64,000 nt of DNA from a virus. A program made the translations under genes and the position numbers. The notes beneath the pieces were generated by a model. That model worked only from the letters and a program-made list of their open reading frames with translations. It was not told the origin of the DNA and did no database searches. The stretch lies in IMG/VR virus record IMGVR_UViG_3300031673_000026, positions 4,007-68,006 of that record. The stretch is one strand, 5' to 3'. Each line of letters begins with the position of its first letter. Position 1 is the stretch's first letter. Positions 1 through 9,832 of the stretch are shown in pieces.

Positions 1-78
1 TACCGGCCTGCCAAGCACCATAGGCCTCACGTTCGGCGACGATGCAAATATCAATGTCAAGCTAACGGAGGCGCTGTA

Positions 79-1524
79 ATGAATATACTTCTCGACCTGG
101 CGCTTCCCGACGCGACTATTTACGTCGCAAAAATAAAAACAGAATATAACGGCCATCAGTATATCGATGACATAGTAAGCGTTTCGGAAATCGTGGACAA
201 CATGGGCTCTGCGAAAACATACGAATCCGGGGTAATTACAATTGTGATCAATGATATGTATGGAAAGTACCGCGATGTTATGGTATCCGACACCAATCAG
301 TACATTGCCAATATCACCGCTATACTCAGGAAAGAAGACGGTACGGTACTGGCAACGCAGGGCGTCAACACCTGGTCGTTTCAGGACGGAACCTGGACCC
401 TGAAATGCAACTCTCAAATCGACATGAATGCCGATATCACGGAAAAAATCAATACCACTACCTGGCCTGATGCTGCCGACGATGCGATTGGCGAGGTGGT
501 TCCGCAGGCATACAACACGATATTGGGGCTTAAGGCGTGGTTGGTGGACGATGTCGTCAATACTGGCGGGGAATGGCTGTTGAGCAGCAAGGAAATCAGC
601 ACTATCACCAAGGTTGTCGTCGCCGGAGAGACGATACTTCCCGCATATTATTCCTTACAAAGCGGCGGCGGCTATTGGTGGGTTAAAATGTCTCATGGGG
701 TGATTATGGGCAAGGCGGATTTCGCCATCGTGGATGTAACCACTCCCGCCTACACCCCGGTGGAGATAATCACCGCCCAACTGGCAGGGACCGTCACAGT
801 TGCCACAAACGCAGGGTTCAGCGCCCGGTTGGCCGCGCAGGGGTACACAGCAAGTAATTGTCGCTATTTACTCGACAGAACAATGAGCCCCGCTGCCGCA
901 CTCAAGGCCTTCTGTGAGAGTTTTGAATGTAACTATCGCCTCGATGCTTCCGGGGAAGTGATATTCAACTGGCTCAACCGCAGCACTATCAACCTGGCGG
1001 GGACGCTGCGGGAAGTCGATATCTTGACGGCAAAACAGTCGCAGGACTATAAGCCTGCGCAAATTAAGAACAGAATAAAAATTCACTATGATAGGAACTA
1101 CGTTGACGGCGGGTACACGTATTTCGAGACCTACGCAGGCGCAAGCCAATTAACCTGGGGCACCTTTGATGCTGAGATTGAATACGAATACCTGACGGAA
1201 ACAGTCCAGGCTAATGTGAGCGTTACGGAACTCTATTATCTGTGGGCTAACCCTCCGGCGACCTGGGAGATTACGACGACAATCGACACCGGGGAAGATT
1301 ACAATAATGGGGATTGGCTCCGGGTAAGTCACCCGCGATTCTTAACCCCGAACTCGTATTTCGTCCAGGTTATCAGGAAGGCAATCCAGGCGGACAATGA
1401 CATCATAACGTTTACCGTCAGGGATTATAATTATTTATCGAAAACGTTCTATCTAATCGATGAGCGGGGTTGGTTCCTGCTCGATGTGGATGGATACAGA
1501 ATCAAGGAGGTATACAATGGGTGA
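79..1524 (+). CDS. phage tail tip/baseplate hub-like structural protein
   Basis: 481 aa, beta-rich composition. Lies directly upstream of fibre-like genes; would follow the tape-measure gene in a circular genome. Confidence 0.6.
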   Translation: MNILLDLALPDATIYVAKIKTEYNGHQYIDDIVSVSEIVDNMGSAKTYESGVITIVINDMYGKYRDVMVSDTNQYIANITAILRKEDGTVLATQGVNTWSFQDGTWTLKCNSQIDMNADITEKINTTTWPDAADDAIGEVVPQAYNTILGLKAWLVDDVVNTGGEWLLSSKEISTITKVVVAGETILPAYYSLQSGGGYWWVKMSHGVIMGKADFAIVDVTTPAYTPVEIITAQLAGTVTVATNAGFSARLAAQGYTASNCRYLLDRTMSPAAALKAFCESFECNYRLDASGEVIFNWLNRSTINLAGTLREVDILTAKQSQDYKPAQIKNRIKIHYDRNYVDGGYTYFETYAGASQLTWGTFDAEIEYEYLTETVQANVSVTELYYLWANPPATWEITTTIDTGEDYNNGDWLRVSHPRFLTPNSYFVQVIRKAIQADNDIITFTVRDYNYLSKTFYLIDERGWFLLDVDGYRIKEVYNG

Positions 1525-2233
1525 GCAATCTGTCCCCGAAAAAACACAACTGGCAAACGCAGACATAACGGACGGAGATTTCTTTTATATCGTTGACACA
1601 AGCGCCGGGGACGACGGCGGCAAGTGCCTAGATGCGAACGGTGTAGTATGGACCGGGGTTGCAAGTCGCGTAGACTGCGGGGTTGCAATCAATTTTGGAA
1701 CGGCCCTTAACCCTAATGGACAAATAGTCGAGACGGCGGGCGGAGAGTTCCGGGTTCAGGGCAGGGAAAACGATTTCAAGATCAGGCATGTCGGGACGGT
1801 GGCAGGCAACATATATATCCAGAATTTATCGCACGGAAACAATATTATATGCACAGCCGAAGACGCTGGAGGGGTTGAAAGGGCGCTATTAACCCTATCC
1901 TCAGCGAACAGGACCGCTATAGTTTCCGGCATAGAGCGAACCAAAGCGGCCGCCTCTGCCGATAGCGATGCTTTTAACGTAGCCGGTGTTTCTGTCCTGG
2001 AAGTTGACACGGCCGCCGGAAACGTTACGCTTGGGGGTCTGGCTGGCGGAGTAGCCAACCAGGATTTGAGGATCGTCAAGATCAATACAGCGAACAGCCT
2101 GATTATAGAGAATGAAGAGGGCACCGGAACCCAGAAGTTTGGGACGGCGGACGGCGCAGACATAACGCTAACGCACCGGGGCGGGGTCGATCTTCATTTT
2201 AATGGTACCCTTTGGCTGGAAGTATCACATTAA
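1517..2233 (+). CDS. tail fibre/minor tail protein
   Basis: AGGAGG RBS before ATG 1517; Gly/Ala/Thr-rich; N-terminal 'ITDGDFFYIVD' segment resembles fibre attachment regions. Confidence 0.55.
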   Translation: MGEQSVPEKTQLANADITDGDFFYIVDTSAGDDGGKCLDANGVVWTGVASRVDCGVAINFGTALNPNGQIVETAGGEFRVQGRENDFKIRHVGTVAGNIYIQNLSHGNNIICTAEDAGGVERALLTLSSANRTAIVSGIERTKAAASADSDAFNVAGVSVLEVDTAAGNVTLGGLAGGVANQDLRIVKINTANSLIIENEEGTGTQKFGTADGADITLTHRGGVDLHFNGTLWLEVSH

Positions 2234-2243
2234 AGGGGAAATT

Positions 2244-3014
2244 ATGGGAAAACGAACAGAACTACCAAACATAAACGCTATCGGTACGGCGGATAACCCG
2301 GTTACAACAATCCACGTCAAGAATATAGCAGGTGTCGAGAAAATCTACTATACAGCGCCCGTATACACGACATCGCCGGACGCGGAGACGATAGCAGGGG
2401 TGAAATTTAACACCGGAACCGGTAACCTGGAATTTAGCGCGCCGATTGTTTCGGACATTGATGTTACCGGGGACCTGGACGTTACTGGCGACGTGACCAT
2501 TATCGGAGCGACCGACATAACCGGAGATACGGACGTTACCGGGGACCTGGTAGTTACTGGAGACATTGGTTGCACCGGGGACTACAATCTAACCGGAGTC
2601 GCAAACAAGGGGTTCAAGCCGAATTCGGCTGGGGATATTACGTTTTATCAGAAGGGGATATTTACGGGGAATATCGAGGCGAATGGGAATATAAAGCTCC
2701 CAGTTGGGAAATACATAAACGATACTGGTGGGAGTACACGAGGCATAAATTTTGACGCCAGCGGGAACACCGTTATACAACAAAATCTTAACGCAACCGG
2801 ATACATTAACTCTACCGGGGCCAGTAACGGGCTAAGCTTTACGGGGGAAAACGCTTCATTCACCAAAAACGTAATAATTAACGGTGACTGCTCAGTCCCT
2901 TCCGCTACCGGGGATTACTATCACGGCTCCAATAAGGGAAAAACCGGAACGATAACTCTTGCATCTACAACACAGATACAGGTTAGTGGCGGTGTTATTT
3001 ACGGGTGGTCATAA
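2244..3014 (+). CDS. tail fibre/spike protein with 6-residue beta-helix repeats
   Basis: Repeats DVTGDL/DVTGDV/DITGDT/DVTGDL/VVTGDI typical of triple beta-helices. Confidence 0.6.
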   Translation: MGKRTELPNINAIGTADNPVTTIHVKNIAGVEKIYYTAPVYTTSPDAETIAGVKFNTGTGNLEFSAPIVSDIDVTGDLDVTGDVTIIGATDITGDTDVTGDLVVTGDIGCTGDYNLTGVANKGFKPNSAGDITFYQKGIFTGNIEANGNIKLPVGKYINDTGGSTRGINFDASGNTVIQQNLNATGYINSTGASNGLSFTGENASFTKNVIINGDCSVPSATGDYYHGSNKGKTGTITLASTTQIQVSGGVIYGWS

Positions 3015-3374
3015 ATTAAGGTTGACCACTCCCATAAAATTTACAACTTCCCACTTCCCATCGGAAGAGATGATTGCAAGGCCCTTCATTTTGTCCATCG
3101 CGTCAACGCTGCCCGAAAACCTTTTCTCTCCGATGGTGAAGTATACCGCAACGGTATTGCATGCATCCGATGATACATAATTCCATCCGCCTACCCTCTG
3201 CCAATCTCCATCCCTTTGCATGTACACGCCGTTATCGTTGAACCAAATCGAATCGATTGCCCCGTTATAGTATATGTCATATTTTTGATCGTGTATATAT
3301 CGAGCGCATAGCGTAACAGTACAAGTCATTATAGTTAAAACCAGAGTAAACGCACCCAATCTATTTATTTTCAT
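3009..3374 (-). CDS. secreted/membrane-anchored hypothetical protein
   Basis: N-terminal hydrophobic signal-like segment; AGGAG RBS. Confidence 0.5.
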   Translation of the reverse strand: MKINRLGAFTLVLTIMTCTVTLCARYIHDQKYDIYYNGAIDSIWFNDNGVYMQRDGDWQRVGGWNYVSSDACNTVAVYFTIGEKRFSGSVDAMDKMKGLAIISSDGKWEVVNFMGVVNLNL

Positions 3375-3399
3375 AGTATTCTCCTATAATTTAATTCTT

Positions 3400-3645
3400 T
3401 CATTGTCCTTCCCCCGGGTATCCAAAGTCGCCTATGCATCGGCTGCATCGCTCGATAATCCATACGCCGGGGTAGGTGACGCCAGGCTCCCTTTCTAATC
3501 TCATGGTTAACAGTATGTCGTATAGCGTGCAACCATAATCGTCTTCATGTGTATCTCCATCATTATACTGACAATCGTCACTGCACCATTCACCGTTTTC
3601 GGTAGTTACTATTCTTACCGGGATCATTTTGGTTATTTCTTTCAT
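3400..3645 (-). CDS. Cys-rich small protein (Cx3C..CxLY..RCxxC..FG family)
   Basis: Motif shared with 4833-5135, 35231-35446 and 35443-36015. Confidence 0.55.
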   Translation of the reverse strand: MKEITKMIPVRIVTTENGEWCSDDCQYNDGDTHEDDYGCTLYDILLTMRLEREPGVTYPGVWIIERCSRCIGDFGYPGEGQ

Positions 3646-3646
3646 T

Positions 3647-3916
3647 TCAATCTCCTTCTTGCTTAGATATATATCCCCTGACAATCCTGGTTGATTCCCT
3701 AATCCCTTCCAGAAACCCTTCCCGGCGCCCATCCGCGCAGCCCTTCCGGTAGGCCCCGATCACATTGACTACCATCCCACAAAGGATTCCAATCACAACG
3801 ACAATGCTCCTTCCGCCCGCGAGCAAATAGCTGGAAATGGTCATTACCGTAAGTAGTGCCGCGGTGACCGGCAGCAGGAATTCACGGATTGGCGCTATCA
3901 TCTTTTCATATTTCAT
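3647..3916 (-). CDS. small two-TM membrane protein
   Basis: Two hydrophobic segments; coupled to neighbouring genes. Confidence 0.5.
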   Translation of the reverse strand: MKYEKMIAPIREFLLPVTAALLTVMTISSYLLAGGRSIVVVIGILCGMVVNVIGAYRKGCADGRREGFLEGIRESTRIVRGYISKQEGD

Positions 3917-4071
3917 AATTCCTTCCCCCTCTTGTCCAGGCAGCCCGTACAGCCCTGCATTCCGTATTCTGAGAACGTAGTCACCTTATTATATTCCACC
4001 CAGTTCACCACCGATTCCAGGACTTTGATTACTTCGTTTTCGGTCATTTCGTACCATTGCTGCTTATTCAT
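3913..4071 (-). pseudogene. truncated copy of the 5' end of gene 18151-18594
   Basis: First 37 codons nearly identical (MNKQQWYEMTENEVIKVLESVVNWVEYNKVTTFSEYG), then diverges and stops. Confidence 0.7.
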
Positions 4072-4303
4072 TTTACCACTCCCTTGATTTTTGGCCGGCA
4101 TAAGCAATACTAATCAATTCGTCGCCGTTGAAATTTTCTGAAAAATATCTTTGTATATAATCGACCAGCGCACGCGACCCTTCATCTTCTTTTATTTTTG
4201 TAGTTATTGGCTTGCACCCTAAACTACAATACATATATGCAACACCAAAGCCTTCGTGATTATAAGTGTAAGAAGCCTTATATATTCTCATCGTGTCCTC
4301 TTC

Positions 4304-4522
4304 TTAGTTCATGCGGAGGTCTTCATCAAGCAACCCCTCATCGATCAATTGATCGGACACGTCCGAAGCTATCTCGAAAAGCTCTTCGCTTACTTCGGAT
4401 CCCGCCACGGCTGCATAATTTTCCGCCATCGTCGTCAGGCATAGGATGCCGTCATCTTCCGTGACGCTATCTAGCCAATTTGCCAACATCCATCTTTTAG
4501 CTTCTATGTTCTTTTGTTTCAT
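4304..4522 (-). CDS. acidic hypothetical protein (paralogue of 4547-4768)
   Basis: Shared AKRWMLxNW...EExFxxxxxVxDxLI pattern; GGAGG RBS. Confidence 0.6.
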   Translation of the reverse strand: MKQKNIEAKRWMLANWLDSVTEDDGILCLTTMAENYAAVAGSEVSEELFEIASDVSDQLIDEGLLDEDLRMN

Positions 4523-4546
4523 TTTAAAACCTCCGTTTTTATGATT

Positions 4547-4768
4547 TCAATTTGCCCAAATATATAAGTCATACGCTATTAACTGTTTATTAATCAGTAT
4601 GTCCGCCACTTCGTTTCCCAGGTTGAACATTTCCTCATCTCTTTCAATGCCCATTACTTCGGCGCACGTGCTGCTTAAGTCATCGGGATTAAGATGGTCG
4701 GTATAGATGGAACCTTTCCAATTCTTTAACATCCACCTTTTAGCTTTTGCTACGTCTTTCTTTTTCAT
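4547..4768 (-). CDS. hypothetical early protein (first gene after promoter cassette 1)
   Basis: GGAGG RBS inside the repeated leader; paralogue of 4304-4522. Confidence 0.6.
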   Translation of the reverse strand: MKKKDVAKAKRWMLKNWKGSIYTDHLNPDDLSSTCAEVMGIERDEEMFNLGNEVADILINKQLIAYDLYIWAN

Positions 4769-4863
4769 ATTAACCTCCGTTTTATTTAATTTCAACTATC
4801 TATATAATAGCATCTTTTTTCTATTTTGTCAACTATTTCCCAAATAAAAATAAAAAAAGTTTT
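4769..4863 (-). promoter_or_regulatory. repeated early promoter/leader cassette, copy 1
   Basis: TTGACA(4832-4827)-17-TATTAT with TG extension, then GTTGAAATTAAATAAAACGGAGG leader. Confidence 0.85.
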
Positions 4864-5135
4864 GCTACCCTGCCAAACAGGCGATGGAACAGCCCGCCCT
4901 TGACCCTGCCCCCAGTCCCGAATTGATCGACACATGCCTGGCACCGCCTGGTATATAGCCCGCGTGCCCCTACCGCGACGGCACGCATGTGCTCTCCGTA
5001 TAGACCGCACCTTTCCCTGGCATCTATCGTTTGGCTAAAGTGATCACAGTTACACATGTCGCAATTTAACGGGTCATTGTCGGCAACTTCAATGCTGGCT
5101 TCGATTTGTTTTGTGATTCTCAATTTGCGCTCCAC
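4833..5135 (-). CDS. Cys-rich small protein (CxLY..RCxxC..FG family)
   Basis: CGLY...RRCQACVDQFG; start codon uncertain. Confidence 0.5.
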   Translation of the reverse strand: MERKLRITKQIEASIEVADNDPLNCDMCNCDHFSQTIDARERCGLYGEHMRAVAVGARGLYTRRCQACVDQFGTGGRVKGGLFHRLFGRVAKLFLFLFGK

Positions 5136-5170
5136 GGGACGGCGGCCGAGTTGCCCCGGCCGCCACCTGG

Positions 5171-5359
5171 CTATACGGAACAGTTACAAGTGTTCGTCCC
5201 ACCGCTAACCGTAGTCGGCATGGCACACATCGTATCATCGAACGTTTCCCACAGGCTGCAAAGTTCAAAAAGCGATTTATCATATCCGCCCTTTGCCTCC
5301 TTCATTCCATCGCGACCGATAGTTGCGATGGTCACTTTTCCCAAGCTTAGCTTTTTCAT
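5171..5359 (-). CDS. RiPP/class I lanthipeptide precursor-like peptide
   Basis: Leader MKKLSLGKVTIATIGRDGMKEAKGG ending in double-Gly; Cys/Ser/Thr-rich core; AGGAGGAG RBS. Confidence 0.7.
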   Translation of the reverse strand: MKKLSLGKVTIATIGRDGMKEAKGGYDKSLFELCSLWETFDDTMCAMPTTVSGGTNTCNCSV

Positions 5360-5565
5360 TAAATCTCCTCCTTCCTGCACTCGTACCGGGAGCATGCGAC
5401 CTGGTACAGCATCTTATCGCCATTAAACGGGACGGCTACACGCGAATAAATATTCAGGGCGCTCTCGGATACCGTAAAGCCTCTGAGCCCCGGCGGATTT
5501 TTCCGGCATAAAAATGCAACCTGGAATCTGCAATCCTTACAGGTCTCGTTTATCCATCTTTTCAT
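5359..5565 (-). CDS. Cys-rich small protein (TCxxCxF..C..PP..CS family)
   Basis: Pattern shared with 39048-39299. Confidence 0.5.
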   Translation of the reverse strand: MKRWINETCKDCRFQVAFLCRKNPPGLRGFTVSESALNIYSRVAVPFNGDKMLYQVACSRYECRKEEI

Positions 5566-6332
5566 GGTCTCTCCCACTTTTCTTCTTTCTGTGCATCCGC
5601 TAGGTGGGATGCCATAACACCTACCGCAAACCCAAGAATAATTCCCCCGAGTATAAGATATGATAGGTTTTCAAGTATCAGGCCGCACGCGCCGCATAGC
5701 GCCCCGCAAAAGCCAACCAACAGCCAAATCGCTACCGCTATCGCTCTGGATTTCATTCTACACCCCGCAGCGCAGCCCACAGCCGCCCAAAGTATCCCCG
5801 CTTTTCTTCCTGGACCTCTTCTTCACCAAGGCGACCGATCATAAAGTGGTTAGGCCACTTATCTATCAGGCATGCTTCCGCTATGGCCTTTGATTTGTCG
5901 ATAAGCAATTGAACGGCGGCATGGTCAAATTTAGTAGAATCCGTATGCCATCCTTTCTGAACGCTGGAGACTTCGGGCATTAAGGCTATCATAATGCTAA
6001 GTGTTTCCGCTACAATCGCATCCGGGATAAAATTATACTCCAGAGCTTCCTGTACCCTTTCTTTTAATGTCATTTCGATTCACCTTCTCCTTCCTCTTTG
6101 TTCGTCCATGCGATAAAGTCTTCCCGGTCCTTCTCCAGGAACCCACGGTGTTGGTTCCCTACTATCAATTCGTAAGTCGGGCCGTTCACGGAAAAAAAAT
6201 ACCGCATGCTATCATCGGCCTGCTCAAGATGGTATATATGGCGGATGACGTGTATGTGCCCCTTTGCTGCCGCCTTTACTACTGTCCCGTCAATAAAAGT
6301 ATAATCTTCGTTCATATTTTCCTCCTTTATTT

Positions 6333-6746
6333 TTACACGACCCTATCCAGGGCCGCTTCCATTTCTTTTCTCGTACAATTATAGGGAACCTTTTCACCGT
6401 AGATAACTATCCAGTGCGGTTGATCAAGGCCCTTTTCGCGGACCCTCTCACCGTTCGGGAGAAACCCGCGTTCCCCAAGCCATTTCTCCGCCGCTTCCAG
6501 GTCGTAGAATACGCGGCCGTCCCTACCAGTTACGGCATGGTATCCGCCTTCCGGACGCATCGTAATCCCGGCGGTGTCGATTTTTTTGCCATCCGGTGTG
6601 AGTCCGCGGCGCTCCATCCACCGTTCCGCCCCGCGACGTGTTTTGAATACTTTCGATTGAGTTGCCGTCAGGGCTAAAAAGCTGCCCCTTTCCTCAATGA
6701 TGCCCACTACGTAGCTTTCGCCGTTTCCTAACTCATGCTTGGTCAT
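6333..6746 (-). CDS. DUF1391-like protein with tandem domain duplication
   Basis: ELGNGES..GI....FLALTATQSKVFKTRRGAERW resembles phage DUF1391; second internal repeat. Confidence 0.65.
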   Translation of the reverse strand: MTKHELGNGESYVVGIIEERGSFLALTATQSKVFKTRRGAERWMERRGLTPDGKKIDTAGITMRPEGGYHAVTGRDGRVFYDLEAAEKWLGERGFLPNGERVREKGLDQPHWIVIYGEKVPYNCTRKEMEAALDRVV

Positions 6747-6771
6747 TTCAACTCCTCCTTTATTTTAAAGC

Positions 6772-7167
6772 TTACACAGCTTTATTTAAGGCCGCGTTAA
6801 GCTCTTCTCTCGTACAATTATAGGGTATTTTCTCCCCATAGATAACTATAAAGCATGGCTTGTATGTCCCGCTTTTCACTACCCGCCCGTATCCATTATC
6901 ACCAAGCCATGTCTCTGCCTCTTCAGGGTTCAAAAATGAACACCCGAACATATCGGTCGTGGTGGAATAGCCGCCATCTGCCAGCTTCGTAATCCCGGCG
7001 GTACTGATTTTTTTGCCATGAGCAGCGAACCCCCTACTTAGCAGCCAGGCAGTTGCCCCCTTAAGATCATTGAAACGCTTTGATTCGGTCGGTGACAGGG
7101 CCATGAATTGCCGCCCTATCTTGGTGATACCGACCGTATAGTATCTATCGGGCTTGTTTTCTTTCAT
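6772..7167 (-). CDS. DUF1391-like paralogue of 6333-6746
   Basis: Shared GKKIxTAGIT and IVIYGEKxPYNCTRxE blocks, also similar at DNA level. Confidence 0.65.
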   Translation of the reverse strand: MKENKPDRYYTVGITKIGRQFMALSPTESKRFNDLKGATAWLLSRGFAAHGKKISTAGITKLADGGYSTTTDMFGCSFLNPEEAETWLGDNGYGRVVKSGTYKPCFIVIYGEKIPYNCTREELNAALNKAV

Positions 7168-7262
7168 AATTACCTCCGTTTTTTATTTAATTTCAACTTC
7201 GGTATAATAATAGCATCTTTTTTCTATTTTGTCAACTAATTTCTTAAACTTTTTTTATTTTG
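7168..7262 (-). promoter_or_regulatory. repeated early promoter/leader cassette, copy 2
   Basis: TTGACA(7235-7230)-17-TATTAT plus the same leader and RBS. Confidence 0.85.
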
Positions 7263-7439
7263 TTCAAGAATCTACCAGCGGTCGCCGCTGCCTTATTAAT
7301 TCATAATCCGCCGCCTCATCGTGGCCAACATTATTATAGTAATCATCTGATACCGCCTCGTAATCTATCGCGTCCGGGTCACCGCCGGAGCGCCACACGT
7401 CATAAAATACATCGTTTTCGTAATCCCGCCTACTTTTTC

Positions 7440-8030
7440 TCATTGTTTTTCTCCTTCCGGTGCAGCTAAAACGTTCCGCCACACATTTTCGATTTTCTTA
7501 TATGTTTCATCGGCTCCCAATAGCACCGATAGTCTTTCCCTAACAATCTTTATCTGTTTAATAAGAATTAGCAGCCCCTGCCACAGCGGTTCGCTATATT
7601 CAAGGTAATGATCTTTTCCGTGGTGAGACGGGACGGAAAACGTGTCCTGGTTGACTCCATGCGGAGGATAGAAGTTCCGCGCCCACTTCTCCTTAGCCGC
7701 TACCTCCGGCGTTTCCCATGAGCATGCCTTCCAGCAACTCCCGGGGCGAGCAAGATAAAATCTATCAGCCGATACTCCAACGATCGGAGTTTGATCACTG
7801 CTGTGAGACGCCTCGTATTGCTCAACGTGGATGATCGGCACCCAATCCCATACCTCCTGCGCCTTTTGCGCAACCAATAAGTATAGGTCGTTGCATTTTT
7901 CCATCATTAACTCTTCACCATACACAGTCGCGATGAAATTATTATCATTGCGGTTGAAGAATATGGGGATTACGACACCGCTGTCCGTCGTGTAACTTGA
8001 ACATTGTTGGGGTTTAAGCTTTCTTGTCAT
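7440..8030 (-). CDS. hypothetical protein
   Basis: 196-aa ORF with GGAGG RBS in the leftward operon. Confidence 0.6.
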   Translation of the reverse strand: MTRKLKPQQCSSYTTDSGVVIPIFFNRNDNNFIATVYGEELMMEKCNDLYLLVAQKAQEVWDWVPIIHVEQYEASHSSDQTPIVGVSADRFYLARPGSCWKACSWETPEVAAKEKWARNFYPPHGVNQDTFSVPSHHGKDHYLEYSEPLWQGLLILIKQIKIVRERLSVLLGADETYKKIENVWRNVLAAPEGEKQ

Positions 8031-8049
8031 TATTTTCCTCCTTGCATTC

Positions 8050-8310
8050 TCATAATCTCATCTCCCGCATCGCTTCTGCGTCGTAATCCGGTGAATCCGG
8101 GTCCGCTTGATTATACAAGGCCATCCTGCACATCAATCTGTTAAGTTTCGGGTCGTTGATTTCTGCTGCCCGGTCTGCCACTCGACCTAACAGGATGCGA
8201 AGAACGTTGAGCGGTACACGAAATACTCCACCGAGACCTCCTGCGCCTGCGATTTCTTCAAGTAAGCACGGCACGTGAACCTTCCATTGTAGCTTTGCTT
8301 TTTCAATCAT
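8050..8310 (-). CDS. conserved-looking phage hypothetical protein
   Basis: GGAGG RBS; RAAEINDPKLNRLMCRMALY..ADPDSPDYD motif. Confidence 0.55.
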   Translation of the reverse strand: MIEKAKLQWKVHVPCLLEEIAGAGGLGGVFRVPLNVLRILLGRVADRAAEINDPKLNRLMCRMALYNQADPDSPDYDAEAMREMRL

Positions 8311-8514
8311 TATTTTCCTCCTACCAATTAACTATCTTTGCTTCTTCCGTGTAGCCCGGGTCGCTATAATCGTGATAGACTACATTGCCATACGTGTACA
8401 TGATAACGCAGCTTTCCTTCTTGTCCCGGTGCGCCGCCCTATGCCTGGCGATTCCAAGATAATGAAAATCCTTCTCGCAGGTATTGCACCGGCAATCCTT
8501 GTCTTTAGTTGCGT

Positions 8515-9108
8515 TCATGATCTACACGTCCACTGCATAGACATAGCCTTAGCCATCCCCGGAAACGTGCGGCTCCTATCCTTCTGGCTTCTCGCATCAA
8601 GTTGATACCATTTCGACCCGTTACTTTTTCCGTTTTTCCTGAAATACCTTTCTCCCTTATCAACAATTCTGGTTGACATCAGCGGCGGGAGTCCCTTGAG
8701 CCACAAGCAAGTTCGCTTACTGTAGCTGTCTCCAAAATCGAAAGGGTTAACTATCTGGTTGTAGTCAGGTAGCTGAGCGTACCTGTGAGGTACGGGATTC
8801 TCTATGCACACCATGGGCACGTGCCGCAAGTTATAGAAAATACGAAAAAACTTAACCGCCTCTTGCATCTTTCCCCACCTACCGGGGTCCTTATGGAGAT
8901 GCTGCACCCCTACATTCGCCAGGTAGGTACATGGCGGATGAGCTATGACCATATTCCAGCCGTCATGTAAAATATCCATCACATCACCCTGGTAGTGTTT
9001 CCCCTGCCCTTCGGACGGCAGCAAGTCGCAGGATGTCACGTCGTGACCAAGGGCACGAAACTCCCTGCCTACCGTGTCGGTGAACTCACACGCGATTAGG
9101 ATTTTCAA
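8515..9108 (-). CDS. short phage DNA cytosine methyltransferase-like protein
   Basis: KILIACE..., SCDL, AHPPCT (catalytic PC), IENP motifs of C5-MTase-like phage family. Confidence 0.75.
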   Translation of the reverse strand: MKILIACEFTDTVGREFRALGHDVTSCDLLPSEGQGKHYQGDVMDILHDGWNMVIAHPPCTYLANVGVQHLHKDPGRWGKMQEAVKFFRIFYNLRHVPMVCIENPVPHRYAQLPDYNQIVNPFDFGDSYSKRTCLWLKGLPPLMSTRIVDKGERYFRKNGKSNGSKWYQLDARSQKDRSRTFPGMAKAMSMQWTCRS

Positions 9109-9369
9109 ATTTCCTTACCTTCATTAAAATCAATAAATGCCGACAGTGCTTCCCTGGCACCTACCATTTCCCACCATTCTTTTGCGTCCGCCAGGCTGGA
9201 GAAAGCATGGGGCATATAATGCTGAACTCCACTCCTTATTACCTGGTATATAACCCAACCTTCACCCCACGTCGTAGCATAGCACACCAATATGTCGCCC
9301 ATATATCCATTATATGTATGACTGGACGATTGTTTCCATGTAGTTTTTTTAACTTTCACCTTTGTCCTC

Positions 9370-9741
9370 CTAAATATCACTCTTCGTTACCCGGACCGAA
9401 AATGTGCAATTGCATGTCGGGGCCGTTACGATCCCCAGCTCTATCAGGTCTGAGAGCGCTTCGCTTATTTCCACACCGGAAATCGCCCCGGGAATCTCAG
9501 CCTCCGCAAAATAGTCAAAGACAACAACGCCATCGGCTGGAATCGGTGTCGGGAAATGCTCGATTCCAACCGCGTTACCTCTGAGAATGTGGTACGTTAC
9601 GCCACCGGTGGTAACGGAACAATCGCTGTCATCGTCGTGACCGAGAGCTGACAAGATCGCCTGCTGCCTCCTCCCTGCGGGACTACTCTTGGATAGTGGC
9701 GTGAATACCACCATTAGTATTAATCCGAATTTCTTTTTCAT
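9370..9741 (-). CDS. hypothetical protein
   Basis: AGGAGG RBS; short hydrophobic N-terminus. Confidence 0.5.
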   Translation of the reverse strand: MKKKFGLILMVVFTPLSKSSPAGRRQQAILSALGHDDDSDCSVTTGGVTYHILRGNAVGIEHFPTPIPADGVVVFDYFAEAEIPGAISGVEISEALSDLIELGIVTAPTCNCTFSVRVTKSDI

Positions 9742-9759
9742 ATTACCTCCTTATAAATT

Positions 9760-9832
9760 TGCCGGCGCAGGGAATCGAACCCCGAATCAATCGGTTATGA
9801 GCCGATAGCCTTAGCCGTTAGGCCACACCGGC
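9760..9832 (-). tRNA. tRNA with CAT anticodon (Met or Ile2), CCA not encoded
   Basis: Acceptor GCCGGTG/CGCCGGC, anticodon arm ATCGG-CTCATAA-CCGAT, T arm CGGGG-TTCGATT-CCCTG. Confidence 0.9.
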
